The translations under genes and the position numbers were made by a program. Of a stretch of DNA of 64,000 nucleotides, positions 16,488-27,327 are shown piece after piece. The notes beneath the pieces are model-generated. The model had not been told where the DNA came from and did not search any database. It worked only from the letters and a program-made list of their open reading frames with translations. The stretch comes from a virus: positions 32,001 through 96,000 of the IMG/VR virus record IMGVR_UViG_3300009155_000044. The stretch is one strand, 5' to 3'. Within the stretch, counting starts at the first letter, position 1; each line of letters opens with the position of its first letter.

Positions 16488-18473
16488 ATGGAAAAAAGAG
16501 CGTATACTAAAAAGTCTGATTATTGGTCTAATTTTACTAAAGCATCTGTAGAAGGAACTGCTGCACAAAATGGAGAGTTCGTTCCAGAATTATCTGGTGA
16601 TCCTTTTTACGTCTCACAGTCTTCATTCAAATCAACATCAAATGCAGCTTATTCTCGCAAAGCATCGTCAACAACTTATAATAGAAAAAATGTAGGAGCT
16701 TTTGTTCCAGTAATTGATCGATATGGCAGCATTCGCAATGGACTTTTGCCTTATGATTATGCAATGGATGGAGTTAATGTTAGAGAGGCTATTGAACTGT
16801 GTCAAAAAGCTTATGCTAATGTGTCTGTTTTTCGCAATGCTATTGATGTTATGTCTGAGTTTGCCAATACTGAACTTTACTTAGAGGGTGGAACAAAAAA
16901 AAGTCGTGATTTTTTCAATGAGTGGTTTAAAAGAATTAAAATTTGGAACTTGAAAGATCAGTACTTTAGAGAGTACTACAGAGGAGGAAACATTTTCTTG
17001 TACAGAGTTGATGGTAAATTTAAAGCTGATGATTTTGCTCTTTTAGTAAAACAGCTTGGCGGAGTGTCTAAAATTAATAATTCTATTCCTGTTAAGTATA
17101 TTTTGCTCAATCCTTTTGACGTTGTCGCTAGGAGAAGCTCTAGTTTTGCAACTGGATTGTACGAAAAAATTCTTTCAGAATACGAACTCTCTCGCCTTCA
17201 AACTCCTGTTACAGAAGAGGACAAAGATATTTTAAATGGTCTGCCACCAAAGGTGAGAGAGCAGATTAAAATAGGAACTTACTTTAAAGATGGCTTGAAA
17301 ATTGAACTTGATCCATCTAAATTAAGTTATTCCTTTTATAAAAAGCAAGACTACGAACCGTTTGCAGTTCCATTTGGATTTTCAGTTTTAGAAGATATCA
17401 ATGCTAAATTAGAGTTGAAAAAAATGGATCAAGCGATTACTCGCACTGTAGAGAACGTTATTCTTCTCATCACAATGGGAACGGATCCAGACAAGGGCGG
17501 CATTAATGCTAATAATTTGCAAGCTATGCAAGGCTTGTTCCGAAATGAGAGCGTGGGCAGAGTTTTAGTTTCAGACTATACAACAAAAGCTGATTTTGTC
17601 ATTCCAGATCTTAACAAAGTTCTTGGTTCTGAAAAATATAAAGTGTTAAATGAGGACATCAAACAAGGATTACAAAACATCATTGTTGGAGAAGAGAAAT
17701 ATAGCGCTACAGAAGTTAAAGCTCAGATTTTTGTTGATCGTTTAAAAGAGTCTCGCAATGCTTTCTTGAATGACTTTTTGCAAGTTGAGATTAAACGCAT
17801 AGCTAAAAATCTTGGCTTTAGATCTTATCCTACAGCATGTTTTAGAGACATTGACATGAGAGATCAAACTCAACTCATGAGAGTTTCTAGTCGTTTAATG
17901 GAGCTAGGCATTCTCACTCCTCAACAAGGCATGGAAATGTTCCAAACTGGCAAATTTCCAAAACCAGAAGACATCTCTCCAGCACAATCAGTTTATATTG
18001 ATGAGAGAAAAGATGGATACTATAATCCTATTGTTGGGGGAATTCCTTTCATCTCTCCTCCAACTCCAGTTGCTGGCAAAATCAATGCTACTAATAAAGT
18101 ACCTGGACGACCAGAGGGAACAACTGGTATTCCAATCGTGAAAGCTGAATATTCTGTTAAAAATATTCATTCTACCATTAAAAAAATGGAGCAAATGAGA
18201 GCTTTAGCAGATGCTTCTCTTAAAAAGAAATTTAAAATTAAAACTCTCTCAGAACAGCAGTCTAGTATTTTAGATCAACTGTGCGAGAAAGTTATTGTTT
18301 CTAAAGATGCAGAAAATTGGGCATCTTGTGCTAGTTCTTGTGTAAACGACTTTGAACAAATTTCTCTTTTGCAACCAAAAGAGGAAATCTTATCCATTTT
18401 AGCGGAGCATCAACTCGAAGATGACTTGTCAGCAGCAATCCTTTACCACTCAAACCAAATCAATGAAAATTAA
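16488..18473 (+). CDS. Portal protein
   Basis: 661 aa directly after terL and before protease/capsid; EYYRGGNIFLYR and EPFAVPFGF segments. Confidence 0.8.
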   Translation: MEKRAYTKKSDYWSNFTKASVEGTAAQNGEFVPELSGDPFYVSQSSFKSTSNAAYSRKASSTTYNRKNVGAFVPVIDRYGSIRNGLLPYDYAMDGVNVREAIELCQKAYANVSVFRNAIDVMSEFANTELYLEGGTKKSRDFFNEWFKRIKIWNLKDQYFREYYRGGNIFLYRVDGKFKADDFALLVKQLGGVSKINNSIPVKYILLNPFDVVARRSSSFATGLYEKILSEYELSRLQTPVTEEDKDILNGLPPKVREQIKIGTYFKDGLKIELDPSKLSYSFYKKQDYEPFAVPFGFSVLEDINAKLELKKMDQAITRTVENVILLITMGTDPDKGGINANNLQAMQGLFRNESVGRVLVSDYTTKADFVIPDLNKVLGSEKYKVLNEDIKQGLQNIIVGEEKYSATEVKAQIFVDRLKESRNAFLNDFLQVEIKRIAKNLGFRSYPTACFRDIDMRDQTQLMRVSSRLMELGILTPQQGMEMFQTGKFPKPEDISPAQSVYIDERKDGYYNPIVGGIPFISPPTPVAGKINATNKVPGRPEGTTGIPIVKAEYSVKNIHSTIKKMEQMRALADASLKKKFKIKTLSEQQSSILDQLCEKVIVSKDAENWASCASSCVNDFEQISLLQPKEEILSILAEHQLEDDLSAAILYHSNQINEN

Positions 18474-18855
18474 CTTAGGCGATATTAAAGCTCCATTAGA
18501 AAAAACAGTAACATTACAAAATGGAGAATATGAAATTTCTCTTTCTAAAATGGGGCCAAAGCAAGAGCATCTTTACAAGCAGTTTATGAATCACTGCGCT
18601 ATGAATGAAGAGGATCTTGTCAACACTGCTGGAATGAGCAAAGAGGCTACCATGTCTACATGCGCTATGCAATTTGACAAGATGAAAGCGATGATGATGG
18701 AAAAGAGCACTTCTGGAGAACTCACTCCCGCTCAAAAGAAACTTCCTCTTCCACTCCAAAAAGCTATTTTAAAAAAAATGGATAGTCCCAATGATTCTGC
18801 TAAGCATGAAAATAAAGAGAGCACTCAAATGGAAAATACTGAAGAAGGAAAATAA
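18463..18855 (+). CDS. Hypothetical head-region protein
   Basis: Likely start MKINLGD at 18463, overlapping the portal end. Confidence 0.6.
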   Translation: MKINLGDIKAPLEKTVTLQNGEYEISLSKMGPKQEHLYKQFMNHCAMNEEDLVNTAGMSKEATMSTCAMQFDKMKAMMMEKSTSGELTPAQKKLPLPLQKAILKKMDSPNDSAKHENKESTQMENTEEGK

Positions 18856-18861
18856 TTATTA

Positions 18862-20445
18862 ATGAAGCAATATAAATATACTAGCTCATTTTTCTCGCCA
18901 ATTCGCTTTTGCGCATTGGGAGATGAGTCTTTTATTTCTAAAGCTTCACTTGAAAATTTAAAACCTCTTATTCCTCAAGAAATTAACTTTTCTGAGAATA
19001 TTGATTTGTTGGGAGTAGCATTTAATGCTGCTGTTGTGAATAAATTTAATAAGAATGATGATGGAATGGATGCAGTTACAGCATCTCAAATTGTTAAAAA
19101 CTTTATTCACAAACCAACGAACATTGAGCATGATAAGAATCAAATTGTTGGACACATTGTTTCTGCTGGCTTTAGCGAATATGGAGAAGACAGCGCTTTA
19201 ATCTCTTTAGACGCTGTAGCATCTAGAACTGATGCTTTTAATATTTCTCTTGGGGCTGTGGTTTATAAATATGTTAACAAAGATTTTGCTAGCATGATTC
19301 AAAGATCAGTAGATCCAACTGACACTATTTATCAGCATATTTCTACTAGTTGGGAGATTGGTTTTAATGATTTTACCATTGCAGTTGGCGGCGAGGATTT
19401 CTCAGACTGCGAACTAATCACTAATCCAAAACACTTTGAAGAGATGAAAGCTAAATTAAAAGCTTATGGTGGTCCAGGTAGATTGAGCGATGGCTCTAAA
19501 GTTTATCGCATTTTGAAAGGAGAAGTTTTTCCACTAGGAATTGGATTCACAACAAATCCAGCAGCAGATGTTAAAGGTTTATTCTCAGATCAATCAGAAT
19601 TCAAGCAATTTCCAGTTCAAGAAAAAAAATCAATTTTTAGCATTAAGCACCCCCTCTTTAGTGAAAAAAATAAATCTAAAATTTCACAAGATAAAATTCT
19701 TGCTGTAAATAACACAAAAATCAAGACTATGGATGTAGAAAAAATTCTCTTAGAGTTAAAAGACGTTCTTTTGGAAAAGAAATTTTCCGAAGAAGCCGTG
19801 GCTAATATGACCAACACATTTGCTGATGCTATCAAGCAGAAAGATGCTGAATACAAAGCTTCTTTAGTAGCAGCTGCAAAAGAAAAAGAAGCATTAGCTG
19901 CTGAGCGCGAAGCTCTTCAAGCTTCCATGGCTGAAATTCGCGAACAGCTTGCAACTTCCAGTCAAAAGCTTGCAGAATTTGAAGCTTTCAAGAAAATTGA
20001 AGAGGGTTTGGCCCGATTCAATTCTCGCATGGACACTGTTGATCAAAGCTACGAATTAGATGCTGAAGATCGACAATTTTTAGTTCAAGAACTCAAGTCT
20101 TTGGATGAAACAGAAGAAAGCTTCGCTTCCTTCCAAGGCAAATTAGCAGTTGTGTGGAAACACAAAAACAAAGAAGCTAAAGCTTCTATTGACAAGAGCA
20201 TTCAAGACAAAATTGATGCTGAAGTTGAAAAGAAAATCGCTAAACTCAAATTATCAAAAGCTTCTGAAGAAAAAGAAGCTGAAAAAGAACTAGAAGAGTC
20301 TGATTCAATTCCTGATGCTATTGAAAATGCTGAAGCTTCCGAAGCTGGCATTAGTAGCTCAAATGAAACATCTTCTCGTTCTGAACCATCTCTGCGCGAT
20401 AAATTCGCCGCAGCTTTTAACCGTAACAATATTATCATTTCCTAA
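18862..20445 (+). CDS. Prohead protease / scaffolding protein fusion
   Basis: N-terminal NIEH...VGHI and STSWEIGF (His/Ser) motifs; long coiled-coil, acidic C-terminal half. Confidence 0.75.
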   Translation: MKQYKYTSSFFSPIRFCALGDESFISKASLENLKPLIPQEINFSENIDLLGVAFNAAVVNKFNKNDDGMDAVTASQIVKNFIHKPTNIEHDKNQIVGHIVSAGFSEYGEDSALISLDAVASRTDAFNISLGAVVYKYVNKDFASMIQRSVDPTDTIYQHISTSWEIGFNDFTIAVGGEDFSDCELITNPKHFEEMKAKLKAYGGPGRLSDGSKVYRILKGEVFPLGIGFTTNPAADVKGLFSDQSEFKQFPVQEKKSIFSIKHPLFSEKNKSKISQDKILAVNNTKIKTMDVEKILLELKDVLLEKKFSEEAVANMTNTFADAIKQKDAEYKASLVAAAKEKEALAAEREALQASMAEIREQLATSSQKLAEFEAFKKIEEGLARFNSRMDTVDQSYELDAEDRQFLVQELKSLDETEESFASFQGKLAVVWKHKNKEAKASIDKSIQDKIDAEVEKKIAKLKLSKASEEKEAEKELEESDSIPDAIENAEASEAGISSSNETSSRSEPSLRDKFAAAFNRNNIIIS

Positions 20446-20455
20446 TTAAAAAAAT

Positions 20456-21094
20456 ATGGCACTTCGAATCTTACCATTCAGACAATATTCCGAAACTGAT
20501 GTTATCAACATGTTTGCACTTGATGTGGCGCATGTTGGTGATAGCACAACTGGAACTACTAACGGAGACGCTGGCGTTTTCGTCACAACTAGCTCGGGCA
20601 ACTTGAACCTTGATACTATCACTTATGATAACGCTTATGGCACGTATTTAGGTAAAACAGATTATGCTTTTGTTGGTGGAAATTCTTATCCAAGAGTTTC
20701 GCTTTCTGTCAAACCAGCAACATCTGGAGATGGTCTTCTTGGAATGACTCTCTATCAAACAGCAAAGACTGATGAAAATGGAGAAAAACTTCTCTATTAT
20801 CCTCAGAAAGCCGCTGAACTTCAAGCTGTTCTTCCTGGACAAGCTGTTCCAATTGCTACTCGCGGATTGTTCACTATCACTAGCACAGCTTATAATGGCG
20901 CTATTGGTATTGGAAGTGGATTAAAGCTTCCATCTGGAACTTCTGGAACTCTCACTGGTTGTGCAATGACTGATCCTACTCGCGTGGCTATGGTCATTGC
21001 TACAGGATCTCGCACAGTTAGCACATCCATTCCCGATCAATTCGCAGGAACAGGCTCTAGCAATTACGCTATCATTGCTCTTGGAATCGCTTAA
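20456..21094 (+). CDS. Capsid decoration / minor head protein
   Basis: Gly/Thr/Ala-rich, between scaffold and major capsid gene. Confidence 0.6.
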   Translation: MALRILPFRQYSETDVINMFALDVAHVGDSTTGTTNGDAGVFVTTSSGNLNLDTITYDNAYGTYLGKTDYAFVGGNSYPRVSLSVKPATSGDGLLGMTLYQTAKTDENGEKLLYYPQKAAELQAVLPGQAVPIATRGLFTITSTAYNGAIGIGSGLKLPSGTSGTLTGCAMTDPTRVAMVIATGSRTVSTSIPDQFAGTGSSNYAIIALGIA

Positions 21095-21116
21095 TTTTAA
21101 CCCTTTTAAAATATAA

Positions 21117-22259
21117 ATGAAAATTACACTCAAAAGAACTCCTGAGCAAATCGAGTTGATCAAGGCTATGGCCTCGAAAAATCGCGCTGTTGCATCAGAA
21201 GCACAAACAGCTCTCGCTGAATTTATTGGTCCAGTTTTAGCTGAAGTGATTAACAACGCTCCAACACTCAGTAACTTGTTTACAGTGTTTCAGTTCAACA
21301 AGGATGATAATCCTAGCATTCCTCTTGATCTCTACTACGATGTAACTGCTGAAGATTACATCACTGTTTACAGTCAGAGCGTTGCTGGTGGTCTTCCCCA
21401 GAACCAAGTGATCCCAACTGTGAGCGAAATGAAAATCGCTACTTATTCTCTCGACTCTGCACTCAGCTTTGATAAGCGCTATGCAGCTAAGAGCCGCATG
21501 GATGTGATTAGCAAAACTTTCACTCGCATGGCTCAAGAGATTCTCTTCAAACAAGAGAAAACTTCTGCAAACTTGATTCTCGCAGCTTTAGCTAATGCAA
21601 CTACTAATACTAAAAGTCACGTTCAACGATCTTCAGTTGCTGGGCGCTTCCTCTTAGCTGACCTCAACGAACTGTTCACTCTCGCCAAGAGAATCAACAC
21701 ATCATGGCTTAGAGGCACTCCAGAGAGTCGTTCTAGTCGTGGCATCACTGACATCATTGTTTCTCCAGAAGTTGTTCAAGAGCTTCGCGCAATGGCTTAT
21801 AATCCTATCAATACAAAAGGAAGTCCTGTTGGCGGACAAGCTGCTGATGGTCTTGCTGCTCCAGAAGAAATGAGAACTTCAATCTATAATAGTGCTGGTA
21901 TTCCAGAGTTTTATGGAGTTTCAATCATGGAAATCAATGAGCTTGGCAAGGGTCAGCGCTTTAATACCATTTTTGGTAACGTTGCTGGAAGTAAAACCTT
22001 CTCTAATGCTGCTAATACAACTACCGCAGCATTCACAGCTGCTAGTGAAGAAATTCTTATTGGTATTGATCGTACTCGCGAATCCTTGATTCGCGCAGTT
22101 GCTACTGATGCTGATACAGGATCCGAATTCAATCTCGTCGCTGATGACCAGTACTCTATTCGTCAGAATAAAATTGGATACTTTGGTGGTCTTGAAGAAG
22201 GTCGCATGGTGCTTGACACTCGCGCTCTTGTTGGCAAAATCGTCTCTGGATTATCATAA
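21117..22259 (+). CDS. Major capsid protein
   Basis: 380 aa in the canonical position, with visibly optimised codon usage and a strong terminator after it. Confidence 0.82.
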   Translation: MKITLKRTPEQIELIKAMASKNRAVASEAQTALAEFIGPVLAEVINNAPTLSNLFTVFQFNKDDNPSIPLDLYYDVTAEDYITVYSQSVAGGLPQNQVIPTVSEMKIATYSLDSALSFDKRYAAKSRMDVISKTFTRMAQEILFKQEKTSANLILAALANATTNTKSHVQRSSVAGRFLLADLNELFTLAKRINTSWLRGTPESRSSRGITDIIVSPEVVQELRAMAYNPINTKGSPVGGQAADGLAAPEEMRTSIYNSAGIPEFYGVSIMEINELGKGQRFNTIFGNVAGSKTFSNAANTTTAAFTAASEEILIGIDRTRESLIRAVATDADTGSEFNLVADDQYSIRQNKIGYFGGLEEGRMVLDTRALVGKIVSGLS

Positions 22260-22277
22260 GATAATCTTTCTTAAACT

Positions 22278-22306
22278 GAGCCGCCCTGAAAGGGGCGGCT
22301 CTTTTT
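22278..22306 (+). terminator. Intrinsic terminator after the capsid gene
   Basis: GAGCCGCCC hairpin arm paired with GGGCGGCTC, followed by TTTTT. Confidence 0.9.
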
Positions 22307-22340
22307 ATTTAAAAACGCTGTATTTAATTTATAATATAGT

Positions 22341-22781
22341 ATGACTAAAACAAATCAAATGGAAACTGCTAATGGAGTTGCTAACGGTTCAGATCAATAT
22401 TCTAGCAACACATTGATTCAAGAAATCAATGAAATGCGAGCTTCAAATTCTACAAACACTCCAGAATTTGTATCAAAAATGAGACAGCTTGAAGTTCTTT
22501 TGGGAGTGTCTGAAATTAGTCCATTTGGAACTAATGAACTAGAAGTCTTTCAAGAAATGCTGTCTGACATGAGCGTATCAGAAATGCAAAAACTTGCTCA
22601 AAAGGTTGGAATCAATCCTTTTTACGACTATCCAAACTTAAAGAAAAACTTAGTAAAAGAATTCACTGCTTCTACTCGCAATAGTCGCAGAAACATTATG
22701 CCAACTTCTATGAATAGTTTTGTCATGGATCCTAATAATCCTGAACATAAACACTTAATGAAGCTTATTAATGATATTTAG
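22341..22781 (+). CDS. Hypothetical protein
   Basis: ORF track; TATAAT 5 nt upstream of the ATG. Confidence 0.7.
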   Translation: MTKTNQMETANGVANGSDQYSSNTLIQEINEMRASNSTNTPEFVSKMRQLEVLLGVSEISPFGTNELEVFQEMLSDMSVSEMQKLAQKVGINPFYDYPNLKKNLVKEFTASTRNSRRNIMPTSMNSFVMDPNNPEHKHLMKLINDI

Positions 22782-22795
22782 TGTAAAATGCTTAT

Positions 22796-23254
22796 ATGAG
22801 CGCTATTAGTGATTTAAGTTCTGGTATTTTTCAAACTGAATTTGATGGAGATTCTGGAATCGTTCCAGAGTCTTACATCTCCTCTTGGTTGAATGCTAAT
22901 CTTGGCCAATTAAACTCACTAATTAACACATCTTATAGTGGTAGTGGAGCAGCTTTAGATTTGGAATCTAGCGCTATTTACAAAGAAATGTATCTGTGCA
23001 GTTACTATAATAAACAGTCTCGTAATGCTCTTAGAGGAATACTATCAACATCTAGTGGAGGAGACGTTTTGAGTTTGCGAGATGGTAATAGTTCAGTATC
23101 GTTCACTAATAAAAATGAAGTGGCAAAAGTATACAAGTCTATGGCAACAGACTGTCAAGCTAAAATTGACGTTATGAGTCACAAATATAACATGTATCAA
23201 TCTGAGCCATTACAAGTGGGAGGAATTGAAACGTCCATCAACTTGAGCTACTAG
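22796..23254 (+). CDS. Putative head-tail adaptor/connector
   Basis: Position and size; GTGTAA box upstream. Confidence 0.5.
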   Translation: MSAISDLSSGIFQTEFDGDSGIVPESYISSWLNANLGQLNSLINTSYSGSGAALDLESSAIYKEMYLCSYYNKQSRNALRGILSTSSGGDVLSLRDGNSSVSFTNKNEVAKVYKSMATDCQAKIDVMSHKYNMYQSEPLQVGGIETSINLSY

Positions 23255-23267
23255 ATTTTAAAACATA

Positions 23268-23301
23268 AAAAAAGGAGCATGGATGACCATGCTCCTTTTT
23301 T
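23268..23301. terminator. Bidirectional terminator
   Basis: A-tract-GGAGCATGG-atga-CCATGCTCC-T-tract between convergent genes. Confidence 0.9.
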
Positions 23302-23311
23302 ATTAGCGTTA

Positions 23312-24649
23312 TTAGTATGAGAATATTGCTGCTCCACTTGGAGCGCCATTGCTTCCAGTAGTAGAGAGTAAAAATCCATTAGCTCCTGTACCAAAAATAG
23401 TTCCAGCGCAAACTCCGCTCATATAAACTCCTCGCGTAGTATCATTTAAACTAGCATATTGAGTGGAGAAGACAAGATCAACAGTTTTATTTCCACCAAT
23501 GCTGCTAGAGAATGATTCACTATCTAAGCGGCATTTTTTAAGAGTATAAATTACTGCTGGAGTGGAAGTTGCAATTGTTGGATTTTTAATAGTTAAAGTG
23601 ATATTTTTCTCATAAGTTAAATCAATAATTCCTGCAAGATTTTCAGCAGTTATTTCATTCACTATAGCAGAAACTGAAAGCGTTGCAGTTCCTGGCAAAT
23701 CTAATGGTCTAGCAAATGCGAACCTGCTTCCAAGACGTTGAATTGGAGTTCTGGCAAGAGGAATAGCTAATGATGCGCTCTGAATGTGAAGAGCGTTTGA
23801 TCCAGTTAATTCTACAAAAACTCCACTTCCAACATCATTAAAAGCAGACAAATCTAATGTAATATCTCCAGGGCGCAAAGCAACGATTCCGCTTGCACCT
23901 AAACTAGATTTACCAAATGGAAGAAATGCATTTCCAGGGGTAAATCCACTTCCAGTTAAAGCTGTAACGCCACTAATAGCAACTCCGTTGGTTGGATTAA
24001 CAGATGCTAAACTAATTCCATAAAAACCAGAAAAAGCTCCAGAACCAACACCTCCAGTTGGAACTAAACCAGTCATAGCGTAAATGCTAGTACCAGCGTT
24101 TATATTAGCACCTTCAAAAGATACTGAAACTGTTGGCAAACTCCCCACTGCCGCATCAAGAGTATAGTTTGTGATGTAAGCGTTTCCAATGCCAATAAAG
24201 TTTTTAATAAATGCTGCTGAAGCTCCATAACCAGTTTGCCCAGTTACTGTTGCTGCCGCAGGAGCTACATTATTAACGTCATCTCCTTCAGCAGTGGTCA
24301 AAATATAAAAATTCTGACCACTAAAATCAGAAACCATGTGACCAGAAAGAAAAGTCTTTTCTCCGCTCAATCCAACTCCACTGTTTTGTACATAAAAACT
24401 CAAAGCTCTCTCATTGCTTCCATCTGTTAAATAGTAGGAGAAGTCAAGATTCACTGTTGGAGGTTCTAAAGCTACATAACCAATGCGCCCAAGTTCACCA
24501 AACTGATTGATGTCTTGGCGATTAATAGTGAAGCTATAGTTTGCGCTTTGAACTCTGTCGAGTTCAACATGTTGTCCATTGCCCGTGGAAGAGATGTCTT
24601 TGCTAATATATAAGGCATCTGATTGATAAATTACTCGATTTCTAGCCAT
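23312..24649 (-). CDS. Tail tube protein paralogue A
   Basis: MARNRVIYQS...RVQSANYSFTINRQD...RTPIQRLG; Gly/Ser-rich beta protein; near-duplicate of the neighbouring gene. Confidence 0.7.
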   Translation of the reverse strand: MARNRVIYQSDALYISKDISSTGNGQHVELDRVQSANYSFTINRQDINQFGELGRIGYVALEPPTVNLDFSYYLTDGSNERALSFYVQNSGVGLSGEKTFLSGHMVSDFSGQNFYILTTAEGDDVNNVAPAAATVTGQTGYGASAAFIKNFIGIGNAYITNYTLDAAVGSLPTVSVSFEGANINAGTSIYAMTGLVPTGGVGSGAFSGFYGISLASVNPTNGVAISGVTALTGSGFTPGNAFLPFGKSSLGASGIVALRPGDITLDLSAFNDVGSGVFVELTGSNALHIQSASLAIPLARTPIQRLGSRFAFARPLDLPGTATLSVSAIVNEITAENLAGIIDLTYEKNITLTIKNPTIATSTPAVIYTLKKCRLDSESFSSSIGGNKTVDLVFSTQYASLNDTTRGVYMSGVCAGTIFGTGANGFLLSTTGSNGAPSGAAIFSY

Positions 24650-24687
24650 GATAGTTAAATAGGTTTGTGTTTATTTTATTAATATTA

Positions 24688-25836
24688 TTAAGAGTAGATG
24701 ACATTTGAGCCAACTCCGCTCATGAAAATTCCTCTTCCAGTTTCATTCAAGCTAGAGTATTGAGCGGAGAATACGAGATCAACAGTTTTATTTCCACCAA
24801 CACTGCTAGAGAATGATTCGCTATCTAAGCGGCACTTTTTAAGAGTATACGTTACTGCTGGAATGGCAGTTGTTGGATTGTTAATAGTTAAAGTAACATC
24901 TTTTTCAACAGTTAAATCAATAATTCCTGCAAGATTTTCCGCAGTCATTTCATTAACAATAGCAGATACTGAAAGTGTTGCAGCTGCTGGCAAATCTAAT
25001 GGCCTAGCAAATGCGAACCTGCTTCCAATGCGTTGAATTGGAGTTCTGGCAAGAGGAATAGCTAATGATGCGCTCTGAATGTGAATAGCGTTTGTGCTAG
25101 ATAATGCTACGAAAGCTCCTTGAAAATCAACATCAAAAGCTGTTAAATTTAACGTGATATCTCCAGGTCGAAGAGCAGTTATGTTGCTGTTTCCTAAAGA
25201 AGTTTTACCTGTTCCAAGAGTTACTCCAGTTCCAGAATATGAGAGTCCACTTTCTGGCTGAATTGATGCTAATTGCAATCCGCTCCATCCACCAGGACTA
25301 GACGTTACACCTGTAACAGCATTCATATTAGCAGCTTCGAATGAAACTGAAACTGTTGGAAGATTACCAACTGCCGCATCAAGAGTGTAGTTTGTGATGT
25401 AAGCATTACCAATGCCGATAGCATTTTTAATGTAGTTTCCAGCGCCAGCTACGTCTCCAGAAGTGTTATTAACATCGTTTCCTTCTGTAGAGGTTAAGAT
25501 GTAAAAATTTTGTCCGCTAAAGTCGGAAATCATGTGTCCAGAAAGAAATGTTTTCTCAACAGCAGTTCCAGTTTTTACATAAAAATTCAAAGCTCTTTCA
25601 TTGCTTCCATCTGTTAAGTAGTAAGTTAAATCAAGATTAACTGTGGGAGGTTCTAAAGCTACATAACCAATGCGTCCCAGTTCGCCAAATTGATTGACAT
25701 CTTGGCGATTAATAGTGAAGCTGTAGTTTGCGCTTTGAACGCGATCAAGTTGAGCGTGAGCGCCACTCACTGATCCAGTGATATTTTTACTAACGTATAA
25801 TGCGTCTGATTGATAAATTACTCGATTTCTAGCCAT
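24688..25836 (-). CDS. Tail tube protein paralogue B
   Basis: Same framework as 23312-24649, with shorter loops. Confidence 0.7.
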   Translation of the reverse strand: MARNRVIYQSDALYVSKNITGSVSGAHAQLDRVQSANYSFTINRQDVNQFGELGRIGYVALEPPTVNLDLTYYLTDGSNERALNFYVKTGTAVEKTFLSGHMISDFSGQNFYILTSTEGNDVNNTSGDVAGAGNYIKNAIGIGNAYITNYTLDAAVGNLPTVSVSFEAANMNAVTGVTSSPGGWSGLQLASIQPESGLSYSGTGVTLGTGKTSLGNSNITALRPGDITLNLTAFDVDFQGAFVALSSTNAIHIQSASLAIPLARTPIQRIGSRFAFARPLDLPAAATLSVSAIVNEMTAENLAGIIDLTVEKDVTLTINNPTTAIPAVTYTLKKCRLDSESFSSSVGGNKTVDLVFSAQYSSLNETGRGIFMSGVGSNVIYS

Positions 25837-25900
25837 GGTAGTTAAATAGGTTTAATTGGGTTCGTTTCATTTACAGTTTTTCCCTATAAAAGAGAATTTT

Positions 25901-26749
25901 TTATTGTCTTGGATATCTTTGTTGGTGTATTTCAAAGTCTAAAAATCCAACATATAAGTTGTCTGTTAAAGTTGTTCTAGCTTTATCAGTTAATTTGGAA
26001 GCATTTACACTATTAATAAAAAATGAAGTATTAGAGCTATAAGTTGACTTTAAAGTTGAATAAGAATAAGATCCATTTTTTAAATCTCCATATTCTGTTT
26101 GAGGATGTCCAGAAAATGGAATGTTACAAAAGTTCTCGTTGTATGAATCTGCAAAAATAGATAAAACTCCATCAAGTTGATAAGCATTTTCAGCTAAAAT
26201 TACAGCTTTCATATTTATTTTAGTAGTGTCCATACCACCAAATGCGAATCCATCATTTTTCATAGAATCGCTAGACAAGAAAATAGCAGGCACCACTTGA
26301 TCATATGGAGATATATAATTTTCATCAGGGCTAGAAATTCTAGAGTTTTGAATATACTTTCTCTCTACAATCAAATCGTCCTCAGACTCATTAGTAAAAT
26401 AAACGTTAAAATCTTTGACTGAAAATGATCCTGTGATTGGAGCGGAAGTCGAGACTCCACTAGCTAAAACTCTTCCATTTTCAAAATCAATAATCAAAGA
26501 GTCGCTTCTTGGAACGAAAGATCCGCTAATATAAATTCCACTAGGAACTATTGCATTTGTGATGGAAGAATCTGTGACCCATTGTTTATAAGCGCTGCCA
26601 TAAGCTTTGTATCTAGCGTCTAATCGATCATCAGAATAATTGAAAAAATTTCCAGTTTGATTGGAAAATGCTTCTCCTTTGCGCAACAAGTAATTGTCAA
26701 ACCATAATAAAAAAGAAGTCGTGGCTCTGTGTTGGAATTGTTCTATCAT
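25901..26749 (-). CDS. Putative tail terminator/completion protein
   Basis: Position next to the tubes; PAIFLS...FAFGG motif. Confidence 0.5.
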   Translation of the reverse strand: MIEQFQHRATTSFLLWFDNYLLRKGEAFSNQTGNFFNYSDDRLDARYKAYGSAYKQWVTDSSITNAIVPSGIYISGSFVPRSDSLIIDFENGRVLASGVSTSAPITGSFSVKDFNVYFTNESEDDLIVERKYIQNSRISSPDENYISPYDQVVPAIFLSSDSMKNDGFAFGGMDTTKINMKAVILAENAYQLDGVLSIFADSYNENFCNIPFSGHPQTEYGDLKNGSYSYSTLKSTYSSNTSFFINSVNASKLTDKARTTLTDNLYVGFLDFEIHQQRYPRQ

Positions 26750-27327
26750 TTTAATTGAGCGAATAAGTTAGAGTATTTATTAATCAAAAGAGATATGTAT
26801 TGTTGATTTTTAAATGTTTTACTACTAGTTTTTACACTAGTTTGGATTCCCGCGCCAGATCTACTATTTTTACTTTTTAAATTTAAATAAAATCCTAGTC
26901 CAGAAATGCCAGTTTCGATTCCTTGCGCCCAGCTTCTGCCAGATGCCCATGGCATAGGAGTAACTTCAAAAATTTCCTTGGCTGTTGGAAGAAGTATCGA
27001 AAATTTAACTCCAGAAGCAACATCTCCAGAGTATTTAAAATTTGTTGCTTGTAGTTTTTCTAAAATTGGCTTGATGGGTTCATCTCCATCTTCAAATCCA
27101 ATAAATGAAAATAAATTGCCATATCCGCCAAGAGAACCACTAGAATTTGATGCTTGTGGACCATTTGAAATTTCTTGAGAGATTGGATGATTTAAAAACT
27201 CTTCAATCATTTTATCTTTTAAAGTTTCAAATTTTTCTTGAAAAGTTTTTTCAAAAGCTACTCGCAAGAGTTTTGGAGCTTGAGCATCTATTATGCTTTG
27301 TACATCTTTTGGAAGTTTCATAATCAA
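26746..27327 (-). CDS. Putative neck/tail completion protein
   Basis: Position; overlapping stop/start with neighbours. Confidence 0.45.
   Translation of the reverse strand: MIMKLPKDVQSIIDAQAPKLLRVAFEKTFQEKFETLKDKMIEEFLNHPISQEISNGPQASNSSGSLGGYGNLFSFIGFEDGDEPIKPILEKLQATNFKYSGDVASGVKFSILLPTAKEIFEVTPMPWASGRSWAQGIETGISGLGFYLNLKSKNSRSGAGIQTSVKTSSKTFKNQQYISLLINKYSNLFAQLK

Noticed and set aside
23312-25836. Contractile tail sheath
   Set aside because: Both genes share the same tube-like framework, and no sheath-like gene is recognisable in the window.
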